Assembly (NCBI RefSeq): GCF_963506605.1
Contig: NC_083281.1
Span: 71,548,001-71,612,000 of the forward strand
Length of the DNA stretch: 64,000 nt
Direction of reading: 5' to 3'
Source of the DNA: Zootoca vivipara
Lineage: Eukaryota
Both the position numbers and the translations under genes were made by a program. Shown here piece after piece: positions 49,264 to 62,172 of the stretch. Positions within the stretch are counted from its first letter, which is position 1. Each line of letters starts with the position of its first letter. Under the pieces are notes generated by a model. The model did not search any database, had not been told where the DNA came from, and was given only the letters and a program-made list of their open reading frames with translations.

Positions 49264-50800
49264 GGCTGCCAACTCCCCTGTGGCATTTGAAAGTGCAGTC
49301 CTAAAAATGTCCACTCAGAAGCAACTCCTGTTGCATCCAGTGGGACAGGTAAATTAAATTAGGATTGCAGGCGGTGTGGTGCATTGGTTAGAGCAGTGCT
49401 TGCCACTATGCACTGATGGCAAGCGTGCAAGAGCGGGCGTGGCCATTGCACACCTGGGCACACCTTCACACTTTCCCTTCATGGCCAGTGCTTAGGCTGG
49501 AAGGAAGTCTTAGTTTTCTTTAAGCCCAATTGGCGGCAGAGGGGTGATCTTCTTATAAAGTCCAGCTGGGGTGGCAAGCAGGGCAGTTCCCTCCCTCCTA
49601 CAATGATTTTAAGGAAGCTAAGGAACATCACTCACCCCAGAAAAAACAATGAATACAACACACTATTAGGATTTGGTGGGGGAAGTCTTCTAATGGAGTC
49701 AACAGAAGGCTCTCCCACCCCAAGTCTAATTGCAGTGGGAGAGCCTTCTATGGACTCCATTGGAGTAAATAAACCACACCCCTCATAGGCTGAGAAGACC
49801 GGGGTCCAAATCCACACCCAGCTATGAAGTTCCCTGGTTGACCTTGGGCAAGTTCCTAATTCACACACTAATCTTCCTCACAGGGGTTGTGTGGGGAGGA
49901 AGTAGGGACTGTGAGGGTCACGTATGTCACCTTAAGCTACTTGGAAGGAAGGTTAGATGTAAAAAACAAAGCAAACTGGGGAATTGTGGTTTAATCTTAT
50001 AGACTATAAACCAGGATCAGAAGCAAGAGTGCTGTGCCTGAATTGTTTTGAACAGTAAATGAAGAAAGAACAGAACACTTGGCTGCCCTCTATGGATACA
50101 CCGAGCAAATCAGTGACAGTTCTAGCAAGTCTATTCCAAATACACAAGAATCTACGGCAAATATTCATGCAAGTCTCTCTCTCTACATATATATAAGCTT
50201 CTAGGAGAATTTGGCACACTATTTCAGAAATTATTAAGGCAACCAACCCTGAGGACGGTATTATCTCCATATTGCGAATATGGGAGCCTGGAGGCTGAGA
50301 TAAGACCACATCTGGTATGTTCATAGGATTGAGATTTGAAACAGGCACTCCCAGATTCACAGCAAGTCACTAGCATGCATGCATTTTTAAGCACACTATG
50401 CTATAGACATTACAAGGCGAGAGAACCGCATTTCAAAATTCCAAGGAGTGCAGAGGTATTGAATTTCAGTTTGCATGTTGTTCCAGAAAGCTCAAACTAA
50501 GCAGGTTCATTTTTAAACGCAGACCGAATCGATTTCCTCCCCCATCCTCCTTCCCAATGAAGTGTGCATGGGATTTCAGGCTTAGATTTCCATGGATGCT
50601 CTGAACTGTACAGACAAATTTCACTGGCAAAGTTCCACACCAGTTGTTAACTGTTTTTCACTTAGGAGACATTTCACCTGGAAGGAAAGCATGTCAACAT
50701 CAATAACATCCCATAAATTTGCTGGAGTCAGGGGCAACTCTCATAATTATCCCTGTGGATCTTTTCACATTTTCAGTCTGGAAGCGAGAGTGGCACTCAC

Positions 50801-50947
50801 CGTGTTTGGCGTAGCTCTTGAGTCATCAAAACACCTTCCTTCACTTATCTCCTCCTTCAGCAGACAATGCCCACGACTGGAAAGCAGAACGCTGGGAAAC
50901 AGCAGTCACTTAAGTACAGAGGTTATAAACAAAGGTAATGATTAAAC
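50801..50947 (-). promoter_or_regulatory. Putative non-coding exon 1 and core promoter of SLC7A9-B
   Basis: Donor CGG|GTGAGT at 50800; TTTATAA at 50923-50929; HNF1-like GTTTAATCATTACC at 50934-50947. Confidence 0.55.
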
Positions 50948-52419
50948 TAGAAAGCTTCCAAGAAGCATTAAGAGCCCAATTAATTTATCGGCAAAAAAAA
51001 AAGTTGTGTTTTTGGTTCCATTTTGATTGCCCCCCCCCCCCCCCCGCGTCTTGCAGTTTGCACAACCATCAAAATATTTGACACTGCAGCACTCACGGAC
51101 CAAGGCGCCAGCAAATTGCAGGTTGCAGTGATTTTATAAAACATCAAGGTCTTCCTGCACGATTAAAAAGCAAAACCCAAACCCACTGAACTTGGGGAAG
51201 GGATCGTATGGCATTTCCCAAGAGTACAGCTGCTGCTCAGGGCAGACAGTGGCTTCTCAGAGACTTTGAGGCAGTATTGGAGAGTGGTCATTATCCGCAT
51301 GGTACGCATTTGCCCAGGGCAGCCCCAAGACATTGTGCTGCCCAGAGGGAAGGACAACATAGCACAAAGGAACTGGATGAACTGGCAACCGGATTTTATT
51401 TCAGCCCTGGCAATGAGACAGCCTCCTCCTCCACCACCCTTCAGGGCAGCAGGCTGGCTTAACAAGGCAGGATGTCCAGGACACAGAGCTCTGTCCTCCG
51501 ACACCTTGAGTCTGCCCTCTGTCTCCCAACACTGTCTCCCATCAGGTGGCTGCCGCATTATATCTGCTGGTAGGGCCTTTTTTGCACGTTCCTCCTGCAT
51601 TTCATAGCTATTTGGCCCCGTTTACTATTTACTACACACACACTTTCCTTAACAAACAGTCCCTCACCTGCCGGCAGAAGAAAAAGGAGCTTGTGGCTGG
51701 GTATGGAGAACTAGTTTGGGCAGAATCAATCTGTTTTGGTGTGATTGCCTTGGGTGTGTGTGAGGTTGGCCCTTGGGAACATTTATTCTCCTCCGCCAAT
51801 GGGATCAGGATATAATTTGAGACGAAATCTATATATTCAAAGTGAAGTGCATGGAACGGATGCCAATATATTACAATACTTTCCTTGCATTGTTGTAGTT
51901 TGTTTTTTCCTTAATTATTCCTTCACTATTCTTAGGGTTCAAACACACCTGGCAATGTTAGTCCTATGGCATAGATTATATGAGCCAGGAATGGCATGGT
52001 TAATGTTTGGTCTCCTTGGTATTTACAGCACAAGCATGCTCCTCTTTAGGCGTCCCTCTTTAGATCAGTCGCTGTGTTAACAGCATCTCAAAGCTGCTTC
52101 TCGAGACTCAAAGGAGTCCATCTAGCCACAGCTAGACTGCAGGAGTCATTTAAAAATATTGCTCCCTACCTCAAGGACACTCTTATCTCAGTTTCAACAC
52201 TTCATTGCCTGTTTCCTGCCTTTAATCCCAGGTTACTGTTTGATGTACTGTAAAAGCCTCTTCCTTTTGCTAGCTGTGCTCTGAAATAACTACTAGACCA
52301 TATCCAGGGGTTTCAGAGGAACAAACTAGGGGTGAGAGAAAAACTCTAATGTGAGCCCACTTATTTTGCACTTCCTGAACCAATACATGAACTAAAACCC
52401 AGGTATTATTATTTATTAA

Positions 52420-52450
<31 letters not shown>

Positions 52451-54276
52451 TACGCCTGGATTTTGCAATGCAGACATCCAATCAGATGACACATGAAAAA
52501 GTATGTATTAGGCAAAAATCACATATTAAGAAGTGTATACAGTATTACCCACTTCATCATGGCTGTCTATGTTCTGGAATTCTCCAGGTGTCTTGGCCAT
52601 CTAGCTGCCAAATAATCACCAGTCTTTCTGCTCATTTTGGAGTTGGGGAAGGGGGGTGAATCACTGCACAAGTGCCAGGACAATTACCTCCCCCTTCAAC
52701 CCCTCTAGGGAGGCTTCATAAGGGGCAAGAGGCTATCTGCTCACCCTGTTCACCAGAGGGCAGTGCCATACTCGCTATGGCGAGCCTGACAAGCAGAATT
52801 GTTTGAGCCTGCTGGCAAACGAAAACATCAGACTCTCATATTTGCAACTCGTGTGTCCAGGTTAGTTCTAATCCATGGGATACTGGTGAGCAGCCAGCTT
52901 TTTAACTAGGAAATCTCCACGGCAGAATATAATGCTATTGCAAACGTGCAAAAAGGAAAAGCTATACAATATTTCACGATACATAAACAAACACTGCTCT
53001 GAGGCCTAAATTGAGTAGTAAAGACAATCTGTAACAAATTTCTGATGTATTGATGTGTTTCTTTGAATTTTAGCTCCTGGTGTTATACTGAATTTTTTTT
53101 TAAAAAATGATCTTATTCTGTTTAATGTACACCATTTAGAGACGTTGCATATTCATATGTACATTAAACTTATTAATGATATATTAATCAATGCTGTAAT
53201 GTGGAACATGGCTGAAAATTGCCTGGGAGCTCAACACAAGGTGCCTTTTAGCAGTGGCTTGATGTGCTGGGAGATCTCTGCTCCTCCCGGGGGGGGGGGG
53301 GACAGATACAGTTGATAACCTCCAGGCACCAGGTTAACCTTATGCTTTAAAAAGTGTTTTCCCTTGCTCAATCCCTTCCTGCAGATAAACTTGGGAGAAT
53401 CCCCCCTTCCTAGCTTTGCTCTGCAGGAGACAAAGCTTTCCAAGTTGCACTCTGCACATATTTGGCATTCTTGTTGTTCCTAATTCACCTTAGGCTGCAG
53501 ATAAGTTTCAGAGGCAGCTGAAGATACCCAGGTTGGTTTTTCTTTACCTTAAAGTGGTCAGTGATGCTATGCAGGAACGGGGTTGGTTAATTGAAGTTCA
53601 CAGGTGTATGTTTGCAGTTAGCTGCACACCTGTGGTCTCTTGGCTATTTGACTAATTAAAAGGGGAGTTTACTTTCTGCACTGGATGCAGGAAGGGATGT
53701 GATAGGATAATTGATTTGAAAACTGTATTTAAGTTGATTAAATCTTTTGTATGCTGCTGGTGGTGAGGAGGAGTGATGGCTTGCAGTTTTTTACTGTTGT
53801 CTTGAAAATTAAAACTAAGCAAAGATATTGCGGGCAGCCTTTTATGTCTACACTCCAGTCACTGTGCAAACACTGTGTTGGCGAAAAAGTCAAACAGTTG
53901 TTAAACTCCAACTCCTATCACCCCTGATTATTGGCCATGCTAGCTGCAGCTGTTGGGAGTTGAGTCCAACAGTATGTGGAGGGCTGTCTATAAGTTTCTC
54001 ACCCCAGCCCTGGATTTTTAAAATGTCTTCAACGTTGACATTCACACACTTTTCTGAAGAGACGTTCAGAAATTCTACCTGTGTTTTAATTTGTCTTCTT
54101 TATCTGTGTGTCCAGAATTAAAGTTAAATAAAATAGGTTGGTGGTTGCCTAGTTCTCAGAGCTAGGGAAGCTGAAAACGTATCGAGGACCAGGGGTTCCC
54201 CATCACTCTCAGGCCAAATAGGTTTCTGTAGTGCTTCACACACCTCAATTGAGCACAGCAAGAAAAGAGAGATGAG

Positions 54277-54627
54277 TGTTGTGTATTGAGTCAAAGGATT
54301 TTATATCTGTATTATTATTGTCTGTATTTGCATTAAGATAAAGTAACTGCCTTTTGGTTCCAGAGGGTACAGCTACTATTGGCTCATTTAAGCTGCTGTA
54401 TTTGGATCCTCTGTCTTATTGGTTTCCTCCAAAAGGCAGCACTGTGATTGCTTGATATTGTTCCCTCCAAAATGTATCCCTTCCTAGCTAGTCCCCTGTC
54501 CCTATAAATGTAGCTTTCCTCTCCTCAGTCTTCAGTCTTGTTCACTTTAATAAAGAGCTGTTACTAGAGAACTGTCTCCAGCATGTTATGTCAAGAGAGC
54601 TGAAATCACAAACCCCACGTCACAACA
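54277..54627 (+). repeat. 5' LTR
   Basis: TGTTGTG...CACAACA; TATAAA at 54503; AATAAA at 54549. Confidence 0.97.
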
Positions 54628-54629
54628 AC

Positions 54630-54647
54630 TGGCGACGAAGGTGGGAT
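54630..54647 (+). other. Primer-binding site TGGCGACGAAGGTGGGAT (probably tRNA-Ser GCT)
   Basis: Two nt after the 5' LTR; complementary to the recalled tRNA-Ser(GCT) 3' end. Confidence 0.75.
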
Positions 54648-54754
54648 CCGGAATGCTGAGGAGCGGTTAAACACAACCCTGCCTCAGAGTCCGGATTGCA
54701 GCTGAGAACAAGACTCACTGGCCAGCTGAGAAGACGACCCTGCCCGCTAGGACA

Positions 54755-57700
54755 ATGGAGAGTCCAAGGGTATTGGAGCCCTTCCAGCCATCAGGGCCCC
54801 ACACCTGGGAAGACTACGTCGAACGCTTCGAGTTCTTTGCAGTGGCTCAAGGGATCACCGATGCCAGCAAAAGAAGGGCCACATTCCTGAGCTACTGTGG
54901 GCCCGAGACCTTCAAGCTGGCCAAGGCATTACTTGCTCCAGCGAAGCTGAGTGAGACATCTCTCAAAGATATTCTTGCCTGCCTAACAAGCCACTTGGCG
55001 CCTACTGAGACCAAGATGGCCCGGCGGATGGAGTTCCATAAGAGGCAGCAGCATGCTGGGGAGTCTGTATCCACATTTCTGGCTGAACTCCGGAAGCTCG
55101 CTCAGCACTGCGGCTTCCAAAATCTGGAAGAGACTCTCCTGGATCGGTTTATTGGTGGTCTGAGCAGCAAGAAAGCCAGAAGACGCATCGTGGCTAAAGA
55201 AGAGGTTACCCTTGCTTCAGCCTTGAAGGAGGCCACCGCCACGGAGAATTATGAAAGAGAGGAGCTTGATGCCAGTCGCAAGGCCACTAAGCCACAGATA
55301 GAAGTTGCACATGCCATGGACGAGCTAGAGGCTACTCCGAGCCAGAGCCCAGTCCGTGGGGTCGAGTCGGTGCGTCAGGCCTGCACAGTGCACAGAGATC
55401 GCCGAGGCAGTTGCCCAGGTTGTGGCGGAAACCATGAAAGGAAGAGTTGTCGTTTCAGGGATGCTATCTGCCGGACGTGCGGAAAGACGGGTCACATCGC
55501 CAGGGTCTGTAGATCAGCGGCGTCGGGAGCGACAGGAGCACCTAGACTGGAGCATCGCAGACCGCCCACAGCAACTCGTTTTCTAAAGGACTGCCACTAC
55601 GTAACGGAGATCAACGGGAGGGCCGTGCAGTTTCCAGCGCAAGGCAAGGCACACGTCAAGGTGAAGATTGAGGGTCAGCAGTGCGACATGGAGGTGGACT
55701 CCGGATCCGCATTCACCATCGTGTCGGACCAGACCGCGAAGACATTCTTCCCCAGGGGTAAGTTGCCCCCTCTGGAGCCCTTTCCGGCAACCTTGCAGTC
55801 GTACTCAGCAGGCCGCATCCATGTTATGGGAATGTGTGCCGTGAGAGTACAGTTCCGGGACAAACAGGCTGTACTCAAACTGGTGATTGCGAAGGGCAGT
55901 CGCCCCAGTCTCCTGGGCACTGACTGGTTCCCTGCCCTGGGACTGAGTATCTCAGGGCTTAATTCAATCCAAACCTGCCCTGAGATGAGCGAGGTATTAT
56001 GCAAGGAATTTGCTGGTCTCTTTAATGGAAAACTGGGTTGTTATAAAGGGCCCCCAGTTGACTTCGAGTTGGACCCCGGGGTGGCTCCAATCCGACTCAA
56101 ACCAAGGCGAGTGCCATTTGCACTGCAACCCAAGATCGAGGCAGAGCTGGATAAATTGGTCAAGCAGGGAGTTCTCTCACCCGTGGACTCTGCTAAGTGG
56201 GAGACTCCAATCGTCACACCCCTTAAAGCAAATGGGGAAGTCAGGATATGTGCAGATTACAAATGTACTATCAATAAGGCACTCAGGGGAAACTCATACC
56301 CCATTCCAGTCGTATCACATCTGTTGGCTAAACTGGCTGGGGGCAAGGTGTTCGCCAAAATTGACCTGGCACAAGCTTACCAACAGCTGCCAGTAACCCC
56401 ACAATCAGCGGAAGCACAGACTATTGTCACACATAAAGGGGCGTTCAGAGTTAACAGATTACAGTTCGGAGTTTGTGTGGCCCCAGGGATTTTTCAAGGG
56501 CTCATGGAACGCCTGTTAAGAGGTCTGCCGGGGGTCTTGCCATTTTTTGATGATGTTTTGATTGCTGGAAAAGACCCACAGGAACTGGTTGCGCGTGTCC
56601 GTGCAGTGTTGCTCAAGTTCAAGGAGGTGGGGTTGCAACTGAAAAAAGAAAAATGCAGTTTTGGGGTGCCAACTGTGGATTTCTTGGGGTTTAAAATTGA
56701 TGCATCAGGCATCCACCCCACAGATGCTAAGATTAAGGCCATCATCGAGGCACCACGACCACAGAACAAGACGGAGTTGCAGTCATTCCTGGGACTTATT
56801 AACTTTTATCATTCGTTCTTACCCCAGAAAGCTTCGGTAGCTGAACCATTACATAGACTATTGCAGAAAAAGAATGTGTGGCGATGGGGGCGGGAGCAGC
56901 AGAAGGCTTTTGACTCCTTGCGAGGAATGCTGAGTAGCAGGAGCGTCCTTGCTCATTATGATGAGTCAAAGCCGCTGGTCCTGGCATGTGATGCCTCTCA
57001 ATACGGTCTGGGGGCTGTGCTGAGTCATAGGGAACCGGATGGGTCGGAAAAGCCCATCTCTTTCTATTCCCGTACGTTGTCGCCCACAGAGCGCAACTAT
57101 GCTCAAATTGATAAAGAGGCACTGGCTATTGTGTCCGGAATCAAAAGGTTCTATGATTATTTGTACGGTCGCCATTTCTCCATTGAAACGGACCACAAAC
57201 CACTGTTAGGGTTGTTCAACCCAAACAAACAAACGCCACAAATTCTCTCCCCCAGAATGTTGCGTTGGTCAATATTCCTGAATGGGTTCCAGTACACCTT
57301 GACCCATGTGCCGGGGAAACAGTTGTGCCATGCTGATGCGCTGAGTCGATTGCCCCTTCCTGGCGGGAGCAATGAGGATCCTGCTCCGGCGGAGCACATT
57401 ATGATGCTAGAAACACTTCCGGGGGCTCCTGTAACAGCTACGGATATAGCTGAGAAAACTAGGAAAGATGCTGTTCTCTCCCGTGTGCTCACTTGGGTGG
57501 GGAGGGGGTGGCCAGGTGGTCCGCATGAAGAAAAATTCAGGCCTTATGCGACAAGGCAGCACGAATTGTCCATGCATAAGGGTTGTCTCCTATGGGGAGA
57601 TAGGGTGATCATCCCAGCACCACTGAGAAACAGGGTTCTTGAGACGCTTCACATGGGACACCCGGGAATGGTCAGGATGAAGTCGCTAGCCCGATGTTAT

Positions 57701-58831
57701 GTGTGGTGGCCTGGAATGGACCAGAACATAGAACAATGGGTACGAACATGCAAGGCATGCCAAGAGGTGCGGCCAGAAGTGGCCAGAGCACCAGTCCACT
57801 GGTGGGAGCAGTCCAGGACTCCCTGGAGCCGGCTGCACATAGATTTTGCTGGGCCATTCCAAGGGAAGGTCTTTTTGGTTATCGTTGATGCATATTCCAA
57901 ATGGTTAGAAGTGGCGATGGTCCCTAACATGGCATCAGCTGCCGTAATCAAGGTGTTGAGGCAGCTGTTTGCTACCCACGGGTTACCTGAGACCATTGTA
58001 TCAGATAATGGGGCAGCTTTTGTATCCCAAGAATTCAGGGCATTCTTGGCTGATAACTTTATAAGAGGGGTCACATCCGCGCCCTTTCACCCATCCTCCA
58101 ATGGGCAGGCTGAGCGCATGGTAAGAACAGCCAAAGAATCCATTGCGCGCTTAATGGAGGGTAACTGGTCGGCTCGCATTGCGCGAATGTTATTTTTGCA
58201 GCATGCGACGCCGTGTACTGCGACGGGCAAGTCGCCAGCCGAGCTGCTCTTAGGTAGAAGACTGGTAACGGTGCTGGATTATGTCCACCCAGATAAAATG
58301 CCAAACCGTAATTCAAGAGCAACCCCCCAGGCTGAGACTGACACAACAAGGTATCTCGCCCCTGAAGATCTGGTCTGGGTGAGGAACTATTCACGAGGTC
58401 CGCGGTGGGTGGCCGGTGTGATCACCCGGGCTAGTGGACCTGTGTCCTATTATGTGACCTTGGAAAATGGGCAAGTTTGGAAGAGACATATAGATCAGCT
58501 GAGGCGCCGGGCGCTCAGCAGGGAGGAGTCAGATAATTCATCCCTGGCTAATGACGCACAGCTGCAAGACCAGAGTGAAAATGGTCCAGAGGTACAGTCA
58601 CCAGGGGCTTCAGCAAATGAACCAGGGTCTGCTAGTCCTCATGATGACGAGGTACAGGTCGGGGACCCTGAGATGTCTGGGACTCCATCTGTTCCTGATG
58701 AAACCCCTATAGCAGCCCCTCCACCACAGGTAACACCCAATCCAGAACCTGCAACACCTGTTGTCAGGAGATCAGGTAGAAGTTGTAGGACCCCACAGTA
58801 CCTGAGGGATTACGTCTGCTGTGCTCACTAG
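54755..58831 (+). CDS. Gypsy Gag-Pol polyprotein, 1358 aa
   Basis: Zn knuckles CPGCGGNHERKSC and CRTCGKTGHIARVC; protease VDSGS; RT FFDD; RNase H CDAS...EAL...TDHKPL; integrase HHCC plus DDE (IDF, SDNG, AER); domain order PR-RT-RH-IN. Confidence 0.97.
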   Translation: MESPRVLEPFQPSGPHTWEDYVERFEFFAVAQGITDASKRRATFLSYCGPETFKLAKALLAPAKLSETSLKDILACLTSHLAPTETKMARRMEFHKRQQHAGESVSTFLAELRKLAQHCGFQNLEETLLDRFIGGLSSKKARRRIVAKEEVTLASALKEATATENYEREELDASRKATKPQIEVAHAMDELEATPSQSPVRGVESVRQACTVHRDRRGSCPGCGGNHERKSCRFRDAICRTCGKTGHIARVCRSAASGATGAPRLEHRRPPTATRFLKDCHYVTEINGRAVQFPAQGKAHVKVKIEGQQCDMEVDSGSAFTIVSDQTAKTFFPRGKLPPLEPFPATLQSYSAGRIHVMGMCAVRVQFRDKQAVLKLVIAKGSRPSLLGTDWFPALGLSISGLNSIQTCPEMSEVLCKEFAGLFNGKLGCYKGPPVDFELDPGVAPIRLKPRRVPFALQPKIEAELDKLVKQGVLSPVDSAKWETPIVTPLKANGEVRICADYKCTINKALRGNSYPIPVVSHLLAKLAGGKVFAKIDLAQAYQQLPVTPQSAEAQTIVTHKGAFRVNRLQFGVCVAPGIFQGLMERLLRGLPGVLPFFDDVLIAGKDPQELVARVRAVLLKFKEVGLQLKKEKCSFGVPTVDFLGFKIDASGIHPTDAKIKAIIEAPRPQNKTELQSFLGLINFYHSFLPQKASVAEPLHRLLQKKNVWRWGREQQKAFDSLRGMLSSRSVLAHYDESKPLVLACDASQYGLGAVLSHREPDGSEKPISFYSRTLSPTERNYAQIDKEALAIVSGIKRFYDYLYGRHFSIETDHKPLLGLFNPNKQTPQILSPRMLRWSIFLNGFQYTLTHVPGKQLCHADALSRLPLPGGSNEDPAPAEHIMMLETLPGAPVTATDIAEKTRKDAVLSRVLTWVGRGWPGGPHEEKFRPYATRQHELSMHKGCLLWGDRVIIPAPLRNRVLETLHMGHPGMVRMKSLARCYVWWPGMDQNIEQWVRTCKACQEVRPEVARAPVHWWEQSRTPWSRLHIDFAGPFQGKVFLVIVDAYSKWLEVAMVPNMASAAVIKVLRQLFATHGLPETIVSDNGAAFVSQEFRAFLADNFIRGVTSAPFHPSSNGQAERMVRTAKESIARLMEGNWSARIARMLFLQHATPCTATGKSPAELLLGRRLVTVLDYVHPDKMPNRNSRATPQAETDTTRYLAPEDLVWVRNYSRGPRWVAGVITRASGPVSYYVTLENGQVWKRHIDQLRRRALSREESDNSSLANDAQLQDQSENGPEVQSPGASANEPGSASPHDDEVQVGDPEMSGTPSVPDETPIAAPPPQVTPNPEPATPVVRRSGRSCRTPQYLRDYVCCAH

Positions 58832-58842
58832 GGGGGGAGGGG

Positions 58843-59193
58843 TGTTGTGTATTGAGTCAAAGGATTTTATATCTGTATTATTATTGTCTGTATTTGCATT
58901 AGGATAAAGTAACTGCCTTTTGGTTCCAGAGGGTACAGCTACTATTGGCTCATTTAAGCTGCTGTATTTGGATCCTCTGTCTTATTGGTTTCCTCCAAAA
59001 GGCAGCACTGTGATTGCTTGATATTGTTCCCTCCAAAATGTATCCCTTCCTAGCTAGTCCCCTGTCCCTATAAATGTAGCTTTCCTCTCCTCAGTCTTCA
59101 GTCTTGTTCACTTTAATAAAGAGCTGTTACTAGAGAACTGTCTCCAGCATGTTATGTCAAGAGAGCTGAAATCACAAACCCCACGTCACAACA
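58843..59193 (+). repeat. 3' LTR
   Basis: One mismatch versus the 5' LTR by eye; preceded by PPT at 58830-58842. Confidence 0.97.
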
Positions 59194-62107
59194 ATGAGGG
59201 TGCACATCACCAGAAGCGATGCCTCTGTCATACTGTTACAAATACAATTGAGCAGTGCAAAAATCACATAGGCTACATGAGCAAAGGGTTTGGTAATGGT
59301 CGTAGATTGTGCAAGAATTCAAAGCAGCTTGAAATGAATGTTTCAACTGTTATAGCAACCAATAGGTACGGTATGTACACATGTTTGGCATATTAATTTC
59401 ACAATGGGAAATTTGATTTGAATAAGTGAGTGAGATTGGTCTTTTCTCCCCTCTGTGATATAAATTGATTTATTTAAATTGCCTTTATTCAAATCAACCC
59501 ACCCTAGATAACAAAACTAATCTGCCTTTGTGGTTGTTGCAAGGATGATAAAATTAATGCGTGTATAATGCTTCCAGTTACTGGTCTTCAGCTGGTGGGC
59601 CAGGACCCACTATGAAAATATGCAGTAAAGGATTAAGAAATGCATGTTTGCATTAAAAGCAGGGCCTGGGTCTGAAAAGGCTGAAGACTACCGCTCTAAA
59701 CCATTCTTCCCAAACATGGCGTCCTCCAGATGGACTACAACTCCCCAAATCCCTGACCATCAGCCATGCTCTCTGGGACTGATGGAATTGTGGCTCAAAA
59801 TAGCTGGAGGGTGACAAGTTGTGGAAGGGTGTTCTAAATTGCTACTACAGGTATGCTTAGCAGTATTACTGTAGTGTCCAGTCCTCATGGGTGTTGAGAT
59901 GCATTTGAATAAGATTTGCACGGGCTTTTGCACAATGTCCTAAAAGGCTTTGCTTTGCAAAGGTGAAATGTAAAAGGAATATTAGAGTCCCTATCTGTAG
60001 CTTAAGGACAATCTTCATTCATTCACATGCACTTTGGACTCCCTCCTAGGGCTAATCCTTGAGCATAATGAGAATGAAGTTCAACATTCTGAGATAGGCA
60101 CAACATGTTCAATGCAATGTTTCCTTATAACTCTATGGTCTATTGCAGGCAATTACGTTAGTCAGGCATGGAATAAATAGTTCTTTAATACTAAATGACA
60201 ACACACCCAGATTGTAGTAACTACCTGCTCTGGACCTACACAGTCGAGCTACAGAGGCAGCACCGATGCCAACAAACACAGAGTCCAGCCAGTATCTTGC
60301 TAATCTCTCAAGGTAAAGTGCACAATGAGCTATTGCCAATCAGCATAATAACTTTTAAAAACTTACTTCTGTGTAAGTCCTACACACAACACATTGTTAA
60401 ACTATGGAATTCGCTTCCACAAGATGCACTGATGGTCACCAATTTAGTTTCGGCATCGGACTAGGCAAAAGATGAGGCTAATCCATGGCCACTAGTCATG
60501 GTGACTTTATATTACCTCCAGCATCAGAGGCAACAGCCTCAGAATCCCAGTCGCTGGAGAACACGATTGGAAAAGAGAGTGATCTCTCCTCACCTCCTGC
60601 TTGTGTGCTTCCCAAGTTGCGCCCTGTAGGAACGGAATAACTAGCTAGGCCTTTGGTCCTATCCAGCAGGACTCATCTTCTATGCTTTCTCGAATTTCCA
60701 GTCACTAACTAACTGCAAGTGGGCTTGGTGTCCCAAGTAGCGTGTGCTGCATCTTGGCTCTACTGTCTGAGCCATCTGCTTACAGGAAGGCCTGCAGCTC
60801 GGTGGTAAAGCATTTGCCTGGTATGCAGAAGGCCCTATGGCTTCTTCTGCTGTTGCTGCTGGGAGACCACCACTGTCTCTGCCCCCCTCCCTCACAAGCC
60901 ACCTCTGCGCAGAGGACTGTCCTCCAACAGCCTTTCAAACAGAAGACACCTTCAAAGAAGACCATCCTCTGGCAGCGCTTCAAACAGCCACCTGTCCTTT
61001 GTAGAATAAGACATACAGGCCACCTTAGGGAATGAGTGGGATCACTTTAAGAGAACAGATTCGAGAGGGAGAGCTTGTTGGGCTCTTACAGCAGAAACGA
61101 AGAAGCAGAAAGTTGTGTGACACCTAAAAGAGAAGGTAGCATGGCAGATTTTTTTTTCATGGAGCAGAGCCTAGTTTGGCAGATGCTTTCAATGTTGTTC
61201 TCAGTTGGGAGATTCTGGAGCCAAAAAAAAACCATGCCCTACAAGAGATAGACATTTCTGTGCAAGAGATCAGGTATATATACAAAAACGAGCCCAGTTA
61301 TCTCAAATGGTCTCTGTGCTTATTTTGTATACATTTCAGCTTTGCATCAATTTGTCGCAAGACTATTTAAAATTTAATTTAGCTCTCTGGGCCCTTCTAT
61401 AGATATCTAGGTCAACTGAGGACAACAGATCATACTTCTGATGAATGAACAATATTCCAATCACCTCTGCCATTACAAAAAAGTGTGTTTTTTAAAAAAG
61501 ACTTCACAACACTCCCATTTCAAGAGGGTAGGTGCAGAAGTTTTGATTAAAGTGCAAGGAGCAAAAGTCACAGCCCAGAAGGATATCATGGGAAATAAAG
61601 CAAGAGAAGAGGGTGTGAGCTAAAGTAGGGAGAGCTTTGGTAATAATACTCCCGTCATGTGATTAACAGATGCTTGCAGGAAGAGGTGCACGATTTGTTT
61701 ATATTTATATAAACAGGTGTTTACAAAACAAAAATTGCGGTTTGCACCAGAATTACCCATTGTCTTCTCTGTCCTTTTGCTGTGTCATTGCTTTCTTCTT
61801 ACAAGGGAGTACGAAACTAATGTTAAAACAATGCTCCCACCATTTAAAACAGGGCTGCGTTCTCTTCCGGACAACCTTAAGAGGGTCACATGCTAAAAGC
61901 TGCGGGGGGCAGGGTATAGGGGAAAGTGGGTGGAGCAGTCCATGCAAATTTTACTTTGTACAGTAGGTTCGTTTCTGCAACCCCCCCCCCCAGCCTATCA
62001 AGCGAAGCTAAAGGCATACGTCAGAATCCAAGGGCACATTCCAGCCCAACAAAAGCACTCCAGGGTGTGAAGCAGGACCAGTAAGGGGTGGAGCCTGGAA
62101 AGAGTTC

Positions 62108-62128
62108 AGAGAGAGAGAGAGAGAGAGT

Positions 62129-62169
<41 letters not shown>
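62108..62169. repeat. (GA)n microsatellite
   Basis: Visible. Confidence 0.95.

Positions 62170-62172
<3 letters not shown>

Larger units (their letters stand above)
54277..59193 (+). mobile_element. Full-length Ty3/Gypsy LTR retrotransposon (Mag-like), 4917 bp
   Basis: 351-bp LTRs with TG...CA ends; 5-bp TSD ATGAG (54272-54276 / 59194-59198); PBS; PPT; single gag-pol ORF; empty site at 23048-23052 in copy A. Confidence 0.98.

Noticed and set aside
54892-58394. Short alternative-frame and antisense ORFs inside the Gypsy element; possible env gene
   Set aside because: Shadow ORFs of gag-pol. The ORF ends at the PPT, leaving no room for env.
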